Assembly (NCBI GenBank): GCA_035528175.1
Contig: DATKZC010000007.1
Coordinates: 1 to 54,515 of the forward strand
Length of the DNA: 54,515 nt
Source: Minisyncoccota bacterium
GTDB taxonomy: Bacteria > Patescibacteriota > Minisyncoccia > RBG-13-40-8-A
Direction of reading: 5' to 3'
Positions within the stretch are counted from its first letter, which is position 1. Each line of letters starts with the position of its first letter. The notes under the pieces were generated by a model. It saw nothing but the letters and a program-made list of their open reading frames with translations. It was not told where the DNA came from and did no database searches. This document shows positions 15,601 through 23,737 of the stretch, in pieces. The translations under genes were made by a program, and so were the position numbers.

Positions 15601-17520
15601 TTATTTCTTTTCTGTTTCCCCTTCGGGTATATCCGGATTCTTATCATCTTTTTTCTGCGCGTCTTGCTGGGCTTTATAGAGTTCTGTCCCAACTTTCTGA
15701 ATTGCTTGAGATAATTCATCAGATGCTTTCTTGATTTCACTCACGTAGGAATCTTTTCCGCCCGAGGCGGACTCGCCTTGGGCGAGTATTTTTTTCAGCG
15801 CCTCAATTTTTTCTTCAATTTCTTTTTTGTTCTCTTCTTTTATTTTAGCACCAAATTCTTTTATTGTCCTTTCGGTTGTAAAAACCAAAGTATCGGCGGT
15901 ATTTTTAACATCAACAATTTCTTTTTTCTTCTTGTCTTCTTCGGCGTGGATTTCCGCATCTTTTTTCATTTTTTCAATATCTTCTTTTGACAAACCCGAA
16001 GATGCTTCAATCCTGATTGATTGGATTTTATTTGTGGCTTTATCTTTTGCCGTAACGCTTAAAATCCCATTCGCATCAAGGTCAAAAGTAACCTCAATTT
16101 GGGGAATGCCTTTTGGAGCCGGTGGAATGCCATCCAAAATAAATCTGCCCAATGTTTTATTGTCAGCAGCCATTGGTCTTTCTCCCTGTAGAACATTAAT
16201 TTCAACTGATGGCTGATTATTCGCAGCAGTAGAAAATACTTGCGTTTTAGCAGCAGGAATAGTTGTATTTTTTTCAACCAGTTTCGTCATCACTCCGCCA
16301 AGAGTTTCAATTCCTAATGATAAAGGAGTGATATCCAGAAGCAAAACATCTTTCACATCGCCCTGGAAAATTCCTGCCTGTACAGCAGCGCCCGCTGCAA
16401 CCACTTCGTCAGGATTAATATCTTTATGCGGCTCCTTTCCGAATAATTCCTTTACTTTTTGCTGTATTAACGGCATCCTGGTCTGGCCTCCTACTAAAAC
16501 TACTTCATCAATATCGGACATTTTAAATCCTGAATCATCAACAACTTGTTTAGTGATTTTTGTCGCTTTATCAATATACTCTCCAACTAAATCTTCAAGT
16601 TTTGCGCGGCTAAATTTAATATTTAAGTGTCTTGGCCCATCTGCTCCGCTGGTAATAAAGGGAATATTTACTTCTGTTTCCATTGCCGATGATAATTCGT
16701 GTTTTGCTTTTTCTGCTGAATCTTTTAGTCGTTGCAAAGCCAGCTGGTCTTTTGATAAATCAACTCCTTCCTGTTTTTTAAATTCATCAACCAGCCAATG
16801 CATAATAATCTGGTCAAAATCATCGCCTCCTAAATGCGTATCTCCGCCTGTTGCTTTCACTTCAACTGTATCTTTGGAAACTTCAAGCACTGAAACATCA
16901 AATGTTCCTCCGCCGAAATCAAATACCACAATCTGCTCATCCTTTTTCTTATTTAAGCCATAAGCCAAAGCAGCTGCAGTCGGTTCATTGATAATTCTTT
17001 TCACTTTTAAGCCGGCGATTTCTCCTGCATCTTTGGTTGCTTTTCTCTGCGAATCGTTAAAATAAGCAGGAACAGTGATTACTGCTTCTTCTATTTTTTC
17101 TCCTAAACGGTCTTCGGCATCTTGTTTAAGTTTCTGTAAAATCATTGCGGAAATTTCAGCTGGGCCATACCATTTAGCTTGCCCTGAGCTTGTCGAAGGG
17201 TCACCCAGCTTGATTTCCACCGCTCCTTCTTTTGATTCTCTGATTTCATAAGGTAAAAGTTTTTTATCGCGCTGAACTTCGGCATCAGAATATCTCCTGC
17301 CGATTAATCGCTTTACCGAATAAATTGTGTTTTTGGAATTAGTTACTGCCTGTCTTTTTGCTAAGAGACCAACAAGCCGTTCATTGGCTTTTGAAACAGC
17401 AACAACAGAAGGAGTTGTTCTGTTTCCTTCTTTATTTTCAATTATTCTCGGCTCGCCTGCTTCAACAATCGCCATTGCCGAATTAGTCGTGCCTAAATCA
17501 ATACCTAATATCTTTGACAT
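15601..17520 (-). CDS. dnaK: Molecular chaperone DnaK (Hsp70)
   Basis: 639 aa with canonical [18 protein letters not shown] and [10 protein letters not shown] motifs. Confidence 0.97.
   Translation of the reverse strand: MSKILGIDLGTTNSAMAIVEAGEPRIIENKEGNRTTPSVVAVSKANERLVGLLAKRQAVTNSKNTIYSVKRLIGRRYSDAEVQRDKKLLPYEIRESKEGAVEIKLGDPSTSSGQAKWYGPAEISAMILQKLKQDAEDRLGEKIEEAVITVPAYFNDSQRKATKDAGEIAGLKVKRIINEPTAAALAYGLNKKKDEQIVVFDFGGGTFDVSVLEVSKDTVEVKATGGDTHLGGDDFDQIIMHWLVDEFKKQEGVDLSKDQLALQRLKDSAEKAKHELSSAMETEVNIPFITSGADGPRHLNIKFSRAKLEDLVGEYIDKATKITKQVVDDSGFKMSDIDEVVLVGGQTRMPLIQQKVKELFGKEPHKDINPDEVVAAGAAVQAGIFQGDVKDVLLLDITPLSLGIETLGGVMTKLVEKNTTIPAAKTQVFSTAANNQPSVEINVLQGERPMAADNKTLGRFILDGIPPAPKGIPQIEVTFDLDANGILSVTAKDKATNKIQSIRIEASSGLSKEDIEKMKKDAEIHAEEDKKKKEIVDVKNTADTLVFTTERTIKEFGAKIKEENKKEIEEKIEALKKILAQGESASGGKDSYVSEIKKASDELSQAIQKVGTELYKAQQDAQKKDDKNPDIPEGETEKK
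15754..15783 (-). repeat. GC-rich double hairpin in-frame in the dnaK C-terminal lid region, encoding [10 protein letters not shown]
   Basis: Coding strand reads CTCGCCCAAGGCGAG + TCCGCCTCGGGCGGA, two adjacent short hairpins. Its composition resembles the CGCCAAGG..CGGCG family. Confidence 0.5.
17176..17202 (-). repeat. GC-rich element copy (PSxSSGQ family) in-frame in the dnaK N-terminal domain, encoding DPSTSSGQA
   Basis: The coding strand GACCCTTCGACAAGCTCAGGGCAAGC aligns with the alaS, CsaA-like and cysS copies. Confidence 0.6.
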
Positions 17521-17544
17521 ATGCTTTTTATTTTTTACTTTTTA

Positions 17545-18096
17545 TTATTTACTTATTTTAACTTTACTTGCTCTTATAACCTTTCCATTTAATTTATACC
17601 CTTTTTGAATCTCTTTGGCGATAATGTTGGTTTCAGTCCCTCGACCAAGCTCGGGACTAATTTCCACTTCGCCTACGGCTTCGTGGAAATTAGGATCAAA
17701 TTTTTCTCCAACAGCATCAATTTCTTCAACTCCGCTGGATTTTAGAATATTTTTAAATTGATTGTAAATCTGTTTAATTTCTTCTTGCCCGAGACCCTCT
17801 GCGTCTTTATGATTATTTTCAAAATGCTTCATTGCCAATTCAAAACTATCCAAAACCGGCAAGATTTCATAAATCAAGCCCTCATTAGCAAACTTAAAAA
17901 TCTCGGAAATTTTCGCTTCCTGTTCTTTTTTATAATTTATCAAATCAGCTTTTGCTCTCTGCCACCCAGCCAAATATTCCGCGCGTTCCTGCTCGGTTTT
18001 TTTCAACTGCTCTTTAATCTTTTTAACCTTATCTTCTACTTTTTCAGAGCCGTCTTCGCTTACATATTCAATTTTTTCCGTCTTTTCTTTACTCAT
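17545..18096 (-). CDS. grpE: Nucleotide exchange factor GrpE
   Basis: 183 aa with a coiled-coil N-terminus. It carries R..AD..N.RKR-like (RAKADLINYKK) and LPVLD.FE.A motifs and sits between hrcA and dnaK. Confidence 0.93.
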   Translation of the reverse strand: MSKEKTEKIEYVSEDGSEKVEDKVKKIKEQLKKTEQERAEYLAGWQRAKADLINYKKEQEAKISEIFKFANEGLIYEILPVLDSFELAMKHFENNHKDAEGLGQEEIKQIYNQFKNILKSSGVEEIDAVGEKFDPNFHEAVGEVEISPELGRGTETNIIAKEIQKGYKLNGKVIRASKVKISK

Positions 18097-18107
18097 AATA
18101 TATTCAT

Positions 18108-18133
18108 CCGCCTACGCCAAGGCTTCGGCGAGA
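18108..18133. repeat. GC-rich hairpin element (CGCCAAGGCTTCGGCG core) filling the hrcA-grpE spacer
   Basis: CCGCCTACGCCAAGGCTTCGGCGAGA, with a 6-bp stem CGCCAA/TTCGGCG-type hairpin at 18115-18130. It aligns with the in-gene copies in recR and trpS. Confidence 0.65.
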
Positions 18134-18583
18134 CTAGGAGAAATCCTCCAACATTTCTTTTAACTTATTTATTAATTCTATATTATAATCGTATCTCATT
18201 CTCGTCGGACTGATTAAACCGATGATTTCGCGCTTTTTATGCAATGTTTTATGCTCTGTGATAATCAAGGAATAACTGTGAGTTCTAATCATCTCAACTC
18301 CAACTTGTCCGCATAAATGATTGAACTGCTTTTCAAATATATCCTTAGACGGCTGACCAATAAAAAACCGATACGCTTTTTCTGTAGGAATTCTTCCCGC
18401 AGACGTGTGCGGCTGAATTAAATAACCCGAGCTTTCCATTTCCGTCATTTCATTTCTTAAGGTAGCAGAACTTAACCCGAGATCGCGGGCTAATGCTTTT
18501 GAACTTACTGGCTTGGGATTATCAACATATTCCTTAACAATAAGCTCCAAAATTTTCTGCTGCCTTTCCGTCATTTTATCCAT
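18134..18583 (-). CDS. hrcA: Heat-inducible repressor HrcA, miniaturised (149 aa versus about 340 aa typical)
   Basis: It has an N-terminal winged helix (RQ..IL..IV..Y.....PVSS..LA.......SSATLRNEM..ME..GYL..PHTSAGRIPT.KAYR) and the conserved C-terminal IG.I.PTRM.Y motif. The central roughly 190 aa are absent. Confidence 0.85.
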   Translation of the reverse strand: MDKMTERQQKILELIVKEYVDNPKPVSSKALARDLGLSSATLRNEMTEMESSGYLIQPHTSAGRIPTEKAYRFFIGQPSKDIFEKQFNHLCGQVGVEMIRTHSYSLIITEHKTLHKKREIIGLISPTRMRYDYNIELINKLKEMLEDFS

Positions 18584-18590
18584 TATATCA

Positions 18591-18619
18591 ATAATAGTAA
18601 ATTAGCACTCCCTTGTCAA
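18591..18619 (-). promoter_or_regulatory. hrcA operon promoter (leaderless)
   Basis: Minus strand reads TTGACA (18614-18619)-17 nt-TATTAT (18591-18596), then 7 nt to the ATG at 18583. The -35 box lies inside the CIRCE spacer. Confidence 0.65.
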
Positions 18620-18628
18620 GAGTGCTAA
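18602..18628. promoter_or_regulatory. CIRCE operator (HrcA binding site), perfect consensus
   Basis: TTAGCACTC-ccttgtcaa-GAGTGCTAA matches TTAGCACTC-N9-GAGTGCTAA exactly. Confidence 0.9.
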
Positions 18629-18677
18629 TCAAAAACTCGTGCCTGCCCCGCAACTGCGGGGTCAAGAGAGTGCTAAT
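18615..18677. repeat. GC hairpin insert flanked by a direct duplication of the CIRCE right arm
   Basis: GTCAAGAGTGCTAAT (18615-18629) and GTCAAGAGAGTGCTAAT (18661-18677) flank a 31-nt segment. That segment contains the hairpin CCCCGC-aact-GCGGGG (18646-18661). Confidence 0.6.
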
Positions 18678-18678
18678 T

Positions 18679-18721
18679 AAAAAAGAGCCCGGGATGCGCT
18701 TGGTGCGCACACGCGGGCTCT
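18679..18721 (-). terminator. Rho-independent terminator of the SPFH gene
   Basis: Stem AGAGCCCG (18684-18691) / CGGGCTCT (18714-18721). The minus-strand hairpin is followed by TTTTTT, 13 nt past the stop at 18734. Confidence 0.7.
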
Positions 18722-18733
18722 ATTGTTTTACTC

Positions 18734-19711
18734 TTACTTTCCTCCCTTTAGGTCTTTTAAAAGCTCGGCAATCGCCGGGATTCCAACTGTTTTGGGATCA
18801 ATAAAGAATTTTCCTTCTCCTTTGGCCCACTCGGCTGACGTAAGAACCAATCCCATTATTTTGGCTCCATCATCTCCCAGCGCCTTTACCTTCAGCTCGA
18901 ACTCTTTTGCCTTGCCTTCTGCTTCTGCGGTCAATTTGTATTTTTCCGCATCTGCCGCAGCTTGCACTCTGTACTTCTGGGCATCGGCTTCGACCTTAAT
19001 GGATTCGGCATTCATTTTGGTCTCAGCGAGTTTTTCTCTCGCTTTGAGAACATCTTTCGGGACCCGAATATTGTCAAACCGAATCTGGGTGATATCCATG
19101 CCCCAAGACAAAACATCTTTATCTAGGGACGTTTCGATTGTGTCGGCTAGCTCCATCCTTTTTGTCAACAGTTCGTCAATCGTCATTGGACCGACTGACG
19201 TGGTAATGCTACCCTTGGCTTTGCCCGTTACCATTCCGACCGGATCCTTCACTGCTGTGAGAAATCTTCCAGCGTCCGTAGTTTTAAAATACAAACGGAT
19301 GTCCATAAAGATATTGCCCTCTTTTGAGTTGACTGACTGTTCGGGAAGATCTACTTCTCTTTCCCACATTTCAACAAAAATCACTTTCTCAAACGGGTAA
19401 GCCATAAAGCCCAGGCCGGGCTTTAAAATTCTCATTAGCTTTCCGAAGCGAAACACAGGGGCGTTTTCCCACTGTTTGACGAATTTCAATGCATGAGAAG
19501 CATACCAAGCCAGAAAAGAACCCATGAACAGAAAAAACGGCCAGGAGCTCTCAATGCCCCGTAGCGGCGTGAAGACCAAAAGAAGAGCGTAACCAAGTAC
19601 TGGTAGAAGCGCAAAAAGCGCTACTTTTCTCAAAAGCTCAATTCTCTTTTTTAATCTTGCCACTTCTTCAATGCTCAGTTTTTTACTTTCATCCATTTCT
19701 TCTTTTTCCAT
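18734..19711 (-). CDS. SPFH/Band 7 (stomatin/prohibitin-like) membrane protein
   Basis: 325 aa with two N-terminal TM helices, then an SPFH core and an Ala/Glu/Lys-rich coiled-coil tail. A sample is about 47% GC. AAGGAGG SD. Confidence 0.8.
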   Translation of the reverse strand: MEKEEMDESKKLSIEEVARLKKRIELLRKVALFALLPVLGYALLLVFTPLRGIESSWPFFLFMGSFLAWYASHALKFVKQWENAPVFRFGKLMRILKPGLGFMAYPFEKVIFVEMWEREVDLPEQSVNSKEGNIFMDIRLYFKTTDAGRFLTAVKDPVGMVTGKAKGSITTSVGPMTIDELLTKRMELADTIETSLDKDVLSWGMDITQIRFDNIRVPKDVLKAREKLAETKMNAESIKVEADAQKYRVQAAADAEKYKLTAEAEGKAKEFELKVKALGDDGAKIMGLVLTSAEWAKGEGKFFIDPKTVGIPAIAELLKDLKGGK

Positions 19712-19774
19712 TTTTCCTCCTTGGAAAATTTTTGGATTTAAGGAACAATTTATATTAACTTTAATCTACTATAG

Positions 19775-19803
19775 ATTATACACATATTAAATAGTTTTGT
19801 CAA
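19775..19803 (-). promoter_or_regulatory. Consensus sigma70 promoter of the SPFH gene
   Basis: Minus strand reads TTGACA-17 nt-TATAAT (perfect hexamers), with a roughly 60-nt leader carrying an SD. Confidence 0.65.
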
Positions 19804-19806
19804 TAG

Positions 19807-19836
19807 TTGTATTGTTTTAATTTATTTTGCTATAAT
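19807..19836 (+). promoter_or_regulatory. Putative extended -10 promoter of corA
   Basis: TTGTAT-18 nt-TGcTATAAT, with the leader carrying AAAGGAGG before the ATG at 19865. Confidence 0.5.
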
Positions 19837-19864
19837 TAAACTATATAATAATTAAAGGAGGATT

Positions 19865-20779
19865 ATGCAAAAAATTCAAATCAAAAATTTAACCTGGATT
19901 GATATCAATGACCCAAATCAAAGCGATATTGATTATTTAAAATCGCTTAATTTTTATCCCGCTGTCCTAAATGAACTTAAATATCCCACGCTCCGGCCAA
20001 AAGTTGAACAATATGACGATTATCTTTATATGGTTTTGCACTTCCCTATTTATCATCCACGAGAAAAAACCAGCAAATCAGTAGAGATTGATTTTTTAAT
20101 TACAAAATACGCTCTGGTTACTGTACGCTATGGGAAAAACCAGCCGCTCCAGGAATTTTGGAATAAATGCAAAAATAACGAAACCGAACCGCATTTTCAG
20201 AATACGAGCGCCTCCCTGCTTTATTATATGCTGCAAGAATTAAATAATTTTTCTTTGCGCCAAATCGACCATATTACTAAAAAAATAGATGTACTTGAAA
20301 AAAAGGTTTTTGGTACGAGAGATCCAAAAGAAGAAGAAAAACTAGTGGAAGAAATTTCTATTATTCGTCGCGATATATTGGATTTCCGCCGAACCATTAA
20401 ACCACAAGATACAATCTTGGATTCTTTGAAAGTCAGGGGTTCGGAATTTTTTGGCCATTTAACCATACCTTATTTTTCCGATATTATCGGCGATCATATG
20501 CGCGTATGGGAATTATTGGAAAACCACAAAGAAACAATTGAATCTTTGCAACAAGCAAATGATTCTTTATTGTCTCATAAAACGAACCGTATTATGAAAT
20601 TAATCACGCTTTTTGCGGTAATCGTCTTCCCATTGACTCTACTTGCTTCTCTTTTCGGAATGAATTCTCAACATACGCCAATTATCGGCACTAATAATGA
20701 TTTTTGGATGATTATCGGATTAATGATGATAGCAACGATATTTATGGTTATTATATTCAAGAGAAAAAAATGGTTATAA
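19865..20779 (+). CDS. corA: Magnesium/cobalt transporter CorA
   Basis: 304 aa. Two C-terminal TM helices carry the signature GMN motif (LFGMNSQH). Confidence 0.92.
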   Translation: MQKIQIKNLTWIDINDPNQSDIDYLKSLNFYPAVLNELKYPTLRPKVEQYDDYLYMVLHFPIYHPREKTSKSVEIDFLITKYALVTVRYGKNQPLQEFWNKCKNNETEPHFQNTSASLLYYMLQELNNFSLRQIDHITKKIDVLEKKVFGTRDPKEEEKLVEEISIIRRDILDFRRTIKPQDTILDSLKVRGSEFFGHLTIPYFSDIIGDHMRVWELLENHKETIESLQQANDSLLSHKTNRIMKLITLFAVIVFPLTLLASLFGMNSQHTPIIGTNNDFWMIIGLMMIATIFMVIIFKRKKWL

Positions 20780-22164
20780 GATTATTCAACACTTTAACCA
20801 GAAAAAAGGAAATTTTTAAGCCGATTAAAAAGGGCCGTATAAGAATCTATACTTGTGGTCCGACTGTTTATTCATACCAGCATATCGGCAATTTAAGGTC
20901 TTACATCTTCTCCGATATTCTGAAAAGGGTTTTCTTTTACAATAAATATAAAGTCAAACAAGTGATGAACATAACCGATGTCGGACATCTAACCTCTGAT
21001 GCTGACGAGGGCGAAGACAAAATAGAAAAAGCTGCCAAGTGCGAAAATAAAAAAGCAGAAGATATTGCAAATTATTATTGGAATATATTCAGAAGGGATT
21101 TTAAAAAACTTAATATTCTTGAGCCGGATATTTGGTGCAAAGCAACCAAACACATCAAGGAGCAAATTGAACTTATAAAAAAGCTTGAGAAAAAAGGATA
21201 CACTTATCGCACCTCTGATGGAATTTATTTTAACACTGCAAAATTCAAGAATTACGGCGAAATTGCCCAATTAAAAAGACAAAAATTACAAGCTGGAAAG
21301 AGAATTGATTTAGGTGAAAAGAAGAACATTACTGACTTCGCTTTATGGAAGTTCTCGCCTTCGACCCTTCGACCCGGCTCAGGGCCTAAACGGCAGCAGG
21401 AATGGGATTCGCCTTGGGGAATTGGATTTCCTGGATGGCATATTGAATGCTCGGCAATGTCGATGAAGTACCTGGGAGAGCATTTTGATATTCACACTGG
21501 CGGAATCGACCACATTCCCGTACATCATACTAATGAAATTGCTCAATCCGAGGCCGTAACCGGAAAAAAATTCGTGAATTTTTGGATGCATGGGGAATTT
21601 CTAAACTTTAAAGGCAAAAAGGTTTCAAAAAGCACAGGCGGACTCTACACAATTTCGGATTTAGAGGAAAAGGGATTTAATCCCCTTGCTTTCCGCTATC
21701 TGACTTTTATCACCCATTACCGCGACCCGTTGAATTTTTCTTTAGAATCCTTGCAAAGCGCGCAAGATGCTTATTTGAGATTGAAAAACTTAGTTCAAGA
21801 GAATAAAGATAAAAGAATTAAAAAAGAATATTTGAAAGAATTTCACAAAGCCATTAATGATGACTTAAATATGCCCAAAGCGCTTAGTATCATCTGGAAG
21901 ATATTAAGAGATAAGAAACCCGCCCGCAACGCCAGCAAGTTGTCTTGTGTGGTGGGCGAGATGGACGAAGTTCTAGGCTTAGATTTACTAAAAAAAGAAG
22001 AATTCGAAATCCCGGAACAAATCAAAAAACTTCTTCTTGAACGCGAACAAGCAAGAAAAAATAAAAATTGGAAAGAATCAGACCAACTCCGCGATAAAAT
22101 AAAATCCCTTGGATATTTAATTGAAGACATGTTGAGTGGACAAAAAATAAAGAAAATAATATAA
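20770..22164 (+). CDS. cysS: Cysteine--tRNA ligase
   Basis: HIGH-type motif (YQHIGNLRS), the WHIECSAM zinc site and KMSKS-type KVSKS. I prefer the ATG at 20770 ([14 protein letters not shown]...), which overlaps the corA stop by 10 nt. The track starts at 20704. Confidence 0.93.
   Translation: MVIRLFNTLTRKKEIFKPIKKGRIRIYTCGPTVYSYQHIGNLRSYIFSDILKRVFFYNKYKVKQVMNITDVGHLTSDADEGEDKIEKAAKCENKKAEDIANYYWNIFRRDFKKLNILEPDIWCKATKHIKEQIELIKKLEKKGYTYRTSDGIYFNTAKFKNYGEIAQLKRQKLQAGKRIDLGEKKNITDFALWKFSPSTLRPGSGPKRQQEWDSPWGIGFPGWHIECSAMSMKYLGEHFDIHTGGIDHIPVHHTNEIAQSEAVTGKKFVNFWMHGEFLNFKGKKVSKSTGGLYTISDLEEKGFNPLAFRYLTFITHYRDPLNFSLESLQSAQDAYLRLKNLVQENKDKRIKKEYLKEFHKAINDDLNMPKALSIIWKILRDKKPARNASKLSCVVGEMDEVLGLDLLKKEEFEIPEQIKKLLLEREQARKNKNWKESDQLRDKIKSLGYLIEDMLSGQKIKKII
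21358..21390 (+). repeat. Extended GC-rich element in-frame in cysS, encoding [11 protein letters not shown]
   Basis: CCTTCGACCCTTCGACCCGGCTCAGGGCCTAAA has the same CCTTCGA...CTCAGGGC ends as the PSxSSGQ family, with a longer centre. Confidence 0.55.
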
Positions 22165-22194
22165 TTAAAAAATAATAATTAATAATAATATATT

Positions 22195-22310
22195 ATCCGA
22201 ATGATACGAACATTTATCCGAATCAACGAATTATTTGTAGATTCGCATATCAATTTGCCTGCCCGACATCGCCTTTGGCTTAGTCAAGAGGCGGGCGGGT
22301 AGATTCGAAT
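22195..22310. repeat. Composite repeat: an AT-rich TCGNAT word array interrupted by a GC-rich inverted-repeat element
   Basis: Words ATCCGAAT, GATACGAA, CAACGAAT and TTTGTAGATTCG are shared with 41246-41705 and 49542-49626. The GC segment at 22246-22298 is flanked by the direct repeat GTAGATTCG (22237-22245 and 22299-22307). Confidence 0.6.
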
Positions 22311-22327
22311 AATAAATTTAAAAAAAT

Positions 22328-23659
22328 ATGAAAAACAAAAAAGAATTTCTTAGTGTATTAATAAGCGTTTTGATCTGCGTTTTTGTCTTTGCCGTAATTG
22401 TTTATGCGACGACAACGATAGGGAATAATGTGACAGTAGGCGGTACCTTAACTTCTACAGGATTAGAGTTTACTCTAGTAGATCCTCCTACTGCTTCCAC
22501 TGCGTCGTTAGTTTCAACAAGTTCAGGCAATATAAATAACGGAACGCATTCTTATAGTGTGACGTTTGTAACTGCGACAGGCGAAACTTCTCTGGGGGCA
22601 GGATCCAATCAAATTACAGTAGACGATTCTCATAAACAAGTAGAACTTTCAAATATTCCTATTGGGTCAAGTAGTGTTACTCAGCGAAAACTTTACAGAA
22701 ACTATTATTTTCTTGCGACTTTGGATAATAATACGGATACCACTTATACAGATAATATAAGCAATGCTAGTCTCGGGACAGATAGTGCCTACCTTCGAGT
22801 AAACACAACAGGAGGAAAAATTACAGTAGACGGAAGTTCAGCAGGCATATTGACTGCAGGTAGCACAATTGCTTTAGGCGGAGGAGCGCTTAATGCTCTT
22901 ACAACTGGTTATGCCAATATAGCAATTGGATTAAATACATTGATCCAAAATACGACTGGTTATGATAATCTGGCATTTGGCACACACGCTCTTTCTAAAA
23001 ATGTTTCTGGCCGTAGCAATATTGCTATGGGGGCGGCGGCTCTTTATGTTCTTGGAATGGGATCTCCTGGAAACTTCAATGTCGCTGTTGGAGAAAATGC
23101 GTTGTCCTGGTATTTTGGCGGAAGCAACAATGTTGCTGTTGGTTATGGCGCTCTGATGGGAAATTATAACACAAGCAGCGGAAACGTGGGAATTGGTTAT
23201 AATGCCGGATATTACGAAACTGGTTCCAATAAATTATTTATAGATAATGCAACTCGAGCTTCTGAAGCAGATGCGCGATTAAAAGCATTAATCTATGGTA
23301 TATTTGCCGCAGCCACAGCCAATCAATATTTGACAATAAATGGACAATTACAAGTATCCGGAACTGGAACAAGTTATGTAATGGGTAATTTTGGTATCGG
23401 AGACACAGTTCCTGCTTATACTCTTTCTGTTGACGGCACTGCTTCTGTTTCAGATACTATGTATGTAAAAGATGTTTACTTTAGTGGGGTGGTTTCTGCT
23501 TCGGATACTGGTGGTATATTAATTGGAGAGGGAATAACAATAAAAGCTGGTTTGGCTTCTCCGAGTGGAGCTTGTGGAACAGCGGGAAATTTATACACAG
23601 AAAAAACAACAGGAACATTAAGTGTTTGTGGTGTAGATGGTATCTGGAATCCAAAATAA
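22328..23659 (+). CDS. Secreted surface fibre protein with YadA-head/tail-fibre-like repeats
   Basis: 443 aa. The signal/anchor is LISVLICVFVFAVIVYA. Periodic N.A[IVF]G..AL...T.G repeats are present (NIAIGLNTL, NLAFGTHAL, NIAMGAAAL, NVAVGENAL, NVAVGYGAL, NVGIGYNAG). The C-terminal region resembles those of phage tail-fibre proteins. Confidence 0.6.
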   Translation: MKNKKEFLSVLISVLICVFVFAVIVYATTTIGNNVTVGGTLTSTGLEFTLVDPPTASTASLVSTSSGNINNGTHSYSVTFVTATGETSLGAGSNQITVDDSHKQVELSNIPIGSSSVTQRKLYRNYYFLATLDNNTDTTYTDNISNASLGTDSAYLRVNTTGGKITVDGSSAGILTAGSTIALGGGALNALTTGYANIAIGLNTLIQNTTGYDNLAFGTHALSKNVSGRSNIAMGAAALYVLGMGSPGNFNVAVGENALSWYFGGSNNVAVGYGALMGNYNTSSGNVGIGYNAGYYETGSNKLFIDNATRASEADARLKALIYGIFAAATANQYLTINGQLQVSGTGTSYVMGNFGIGDTVPAYTLSVDGTASVSDTMYVKDVYFSGVVSASDTGGILIGEGITIKAGLASPSGACGTAGNLYTEKTTGTLSVCGVDGIWNPK

Positions 23660-23693
23660 ATTTAACCCCCAGATTACTAACATATTCCCAACA

Positions 23694-23718
23694 AAAGCCC
23701 GTTTGACTGCGGGCTTTT
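23694..23718 (+). terminator. Rho-independent terminator of the fibre gene
   Basis: Stem AAAGCCCG (23694-23701) / CGGGCTTT (23710-23717) followed by a T-run. Confidence 0.7.
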
Positions 23719-23731
23719 CGGTTGATAAGAT
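23703..23731 (+). promoter_or_regulatory. Putative dnaB promoter embedded in the preceding terminator (leaderless)
   Basis: TTGACT (in the terminator loop)-17 nt-TAAGAT, then 6 nt to the ATG at 23738. No SD is present. Confidence 0.5.
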
Positions 23732-23737
23732 TAATTT

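Noticed and set aside
15600-15740. Upstream extension of the membrane-protein ORF overlapping the last 47 codons of dnaK. Analogous extensions occur at 20704-20769 (cysS), 45539-45574 (PGI) and 5975-6013 (rpsD).
   Set aside because: In each case an internal ATG placed at or just after the upstream gene's stop gives the expected conserved N-terminus.
16328-16963. Long plus-strand ORF (211 aa) antisense to dnaK. Similar antisense ORFs lie at 18723-19400 (in the SPFH gene), 53360-53719 and 51053-51547.
   Set aside because: They lie entirely inside strongly supported genes on the other strand. They have Ser/Pro/Phe-rich, low-complexity translations and no start context. These are typical shadow ORFs.
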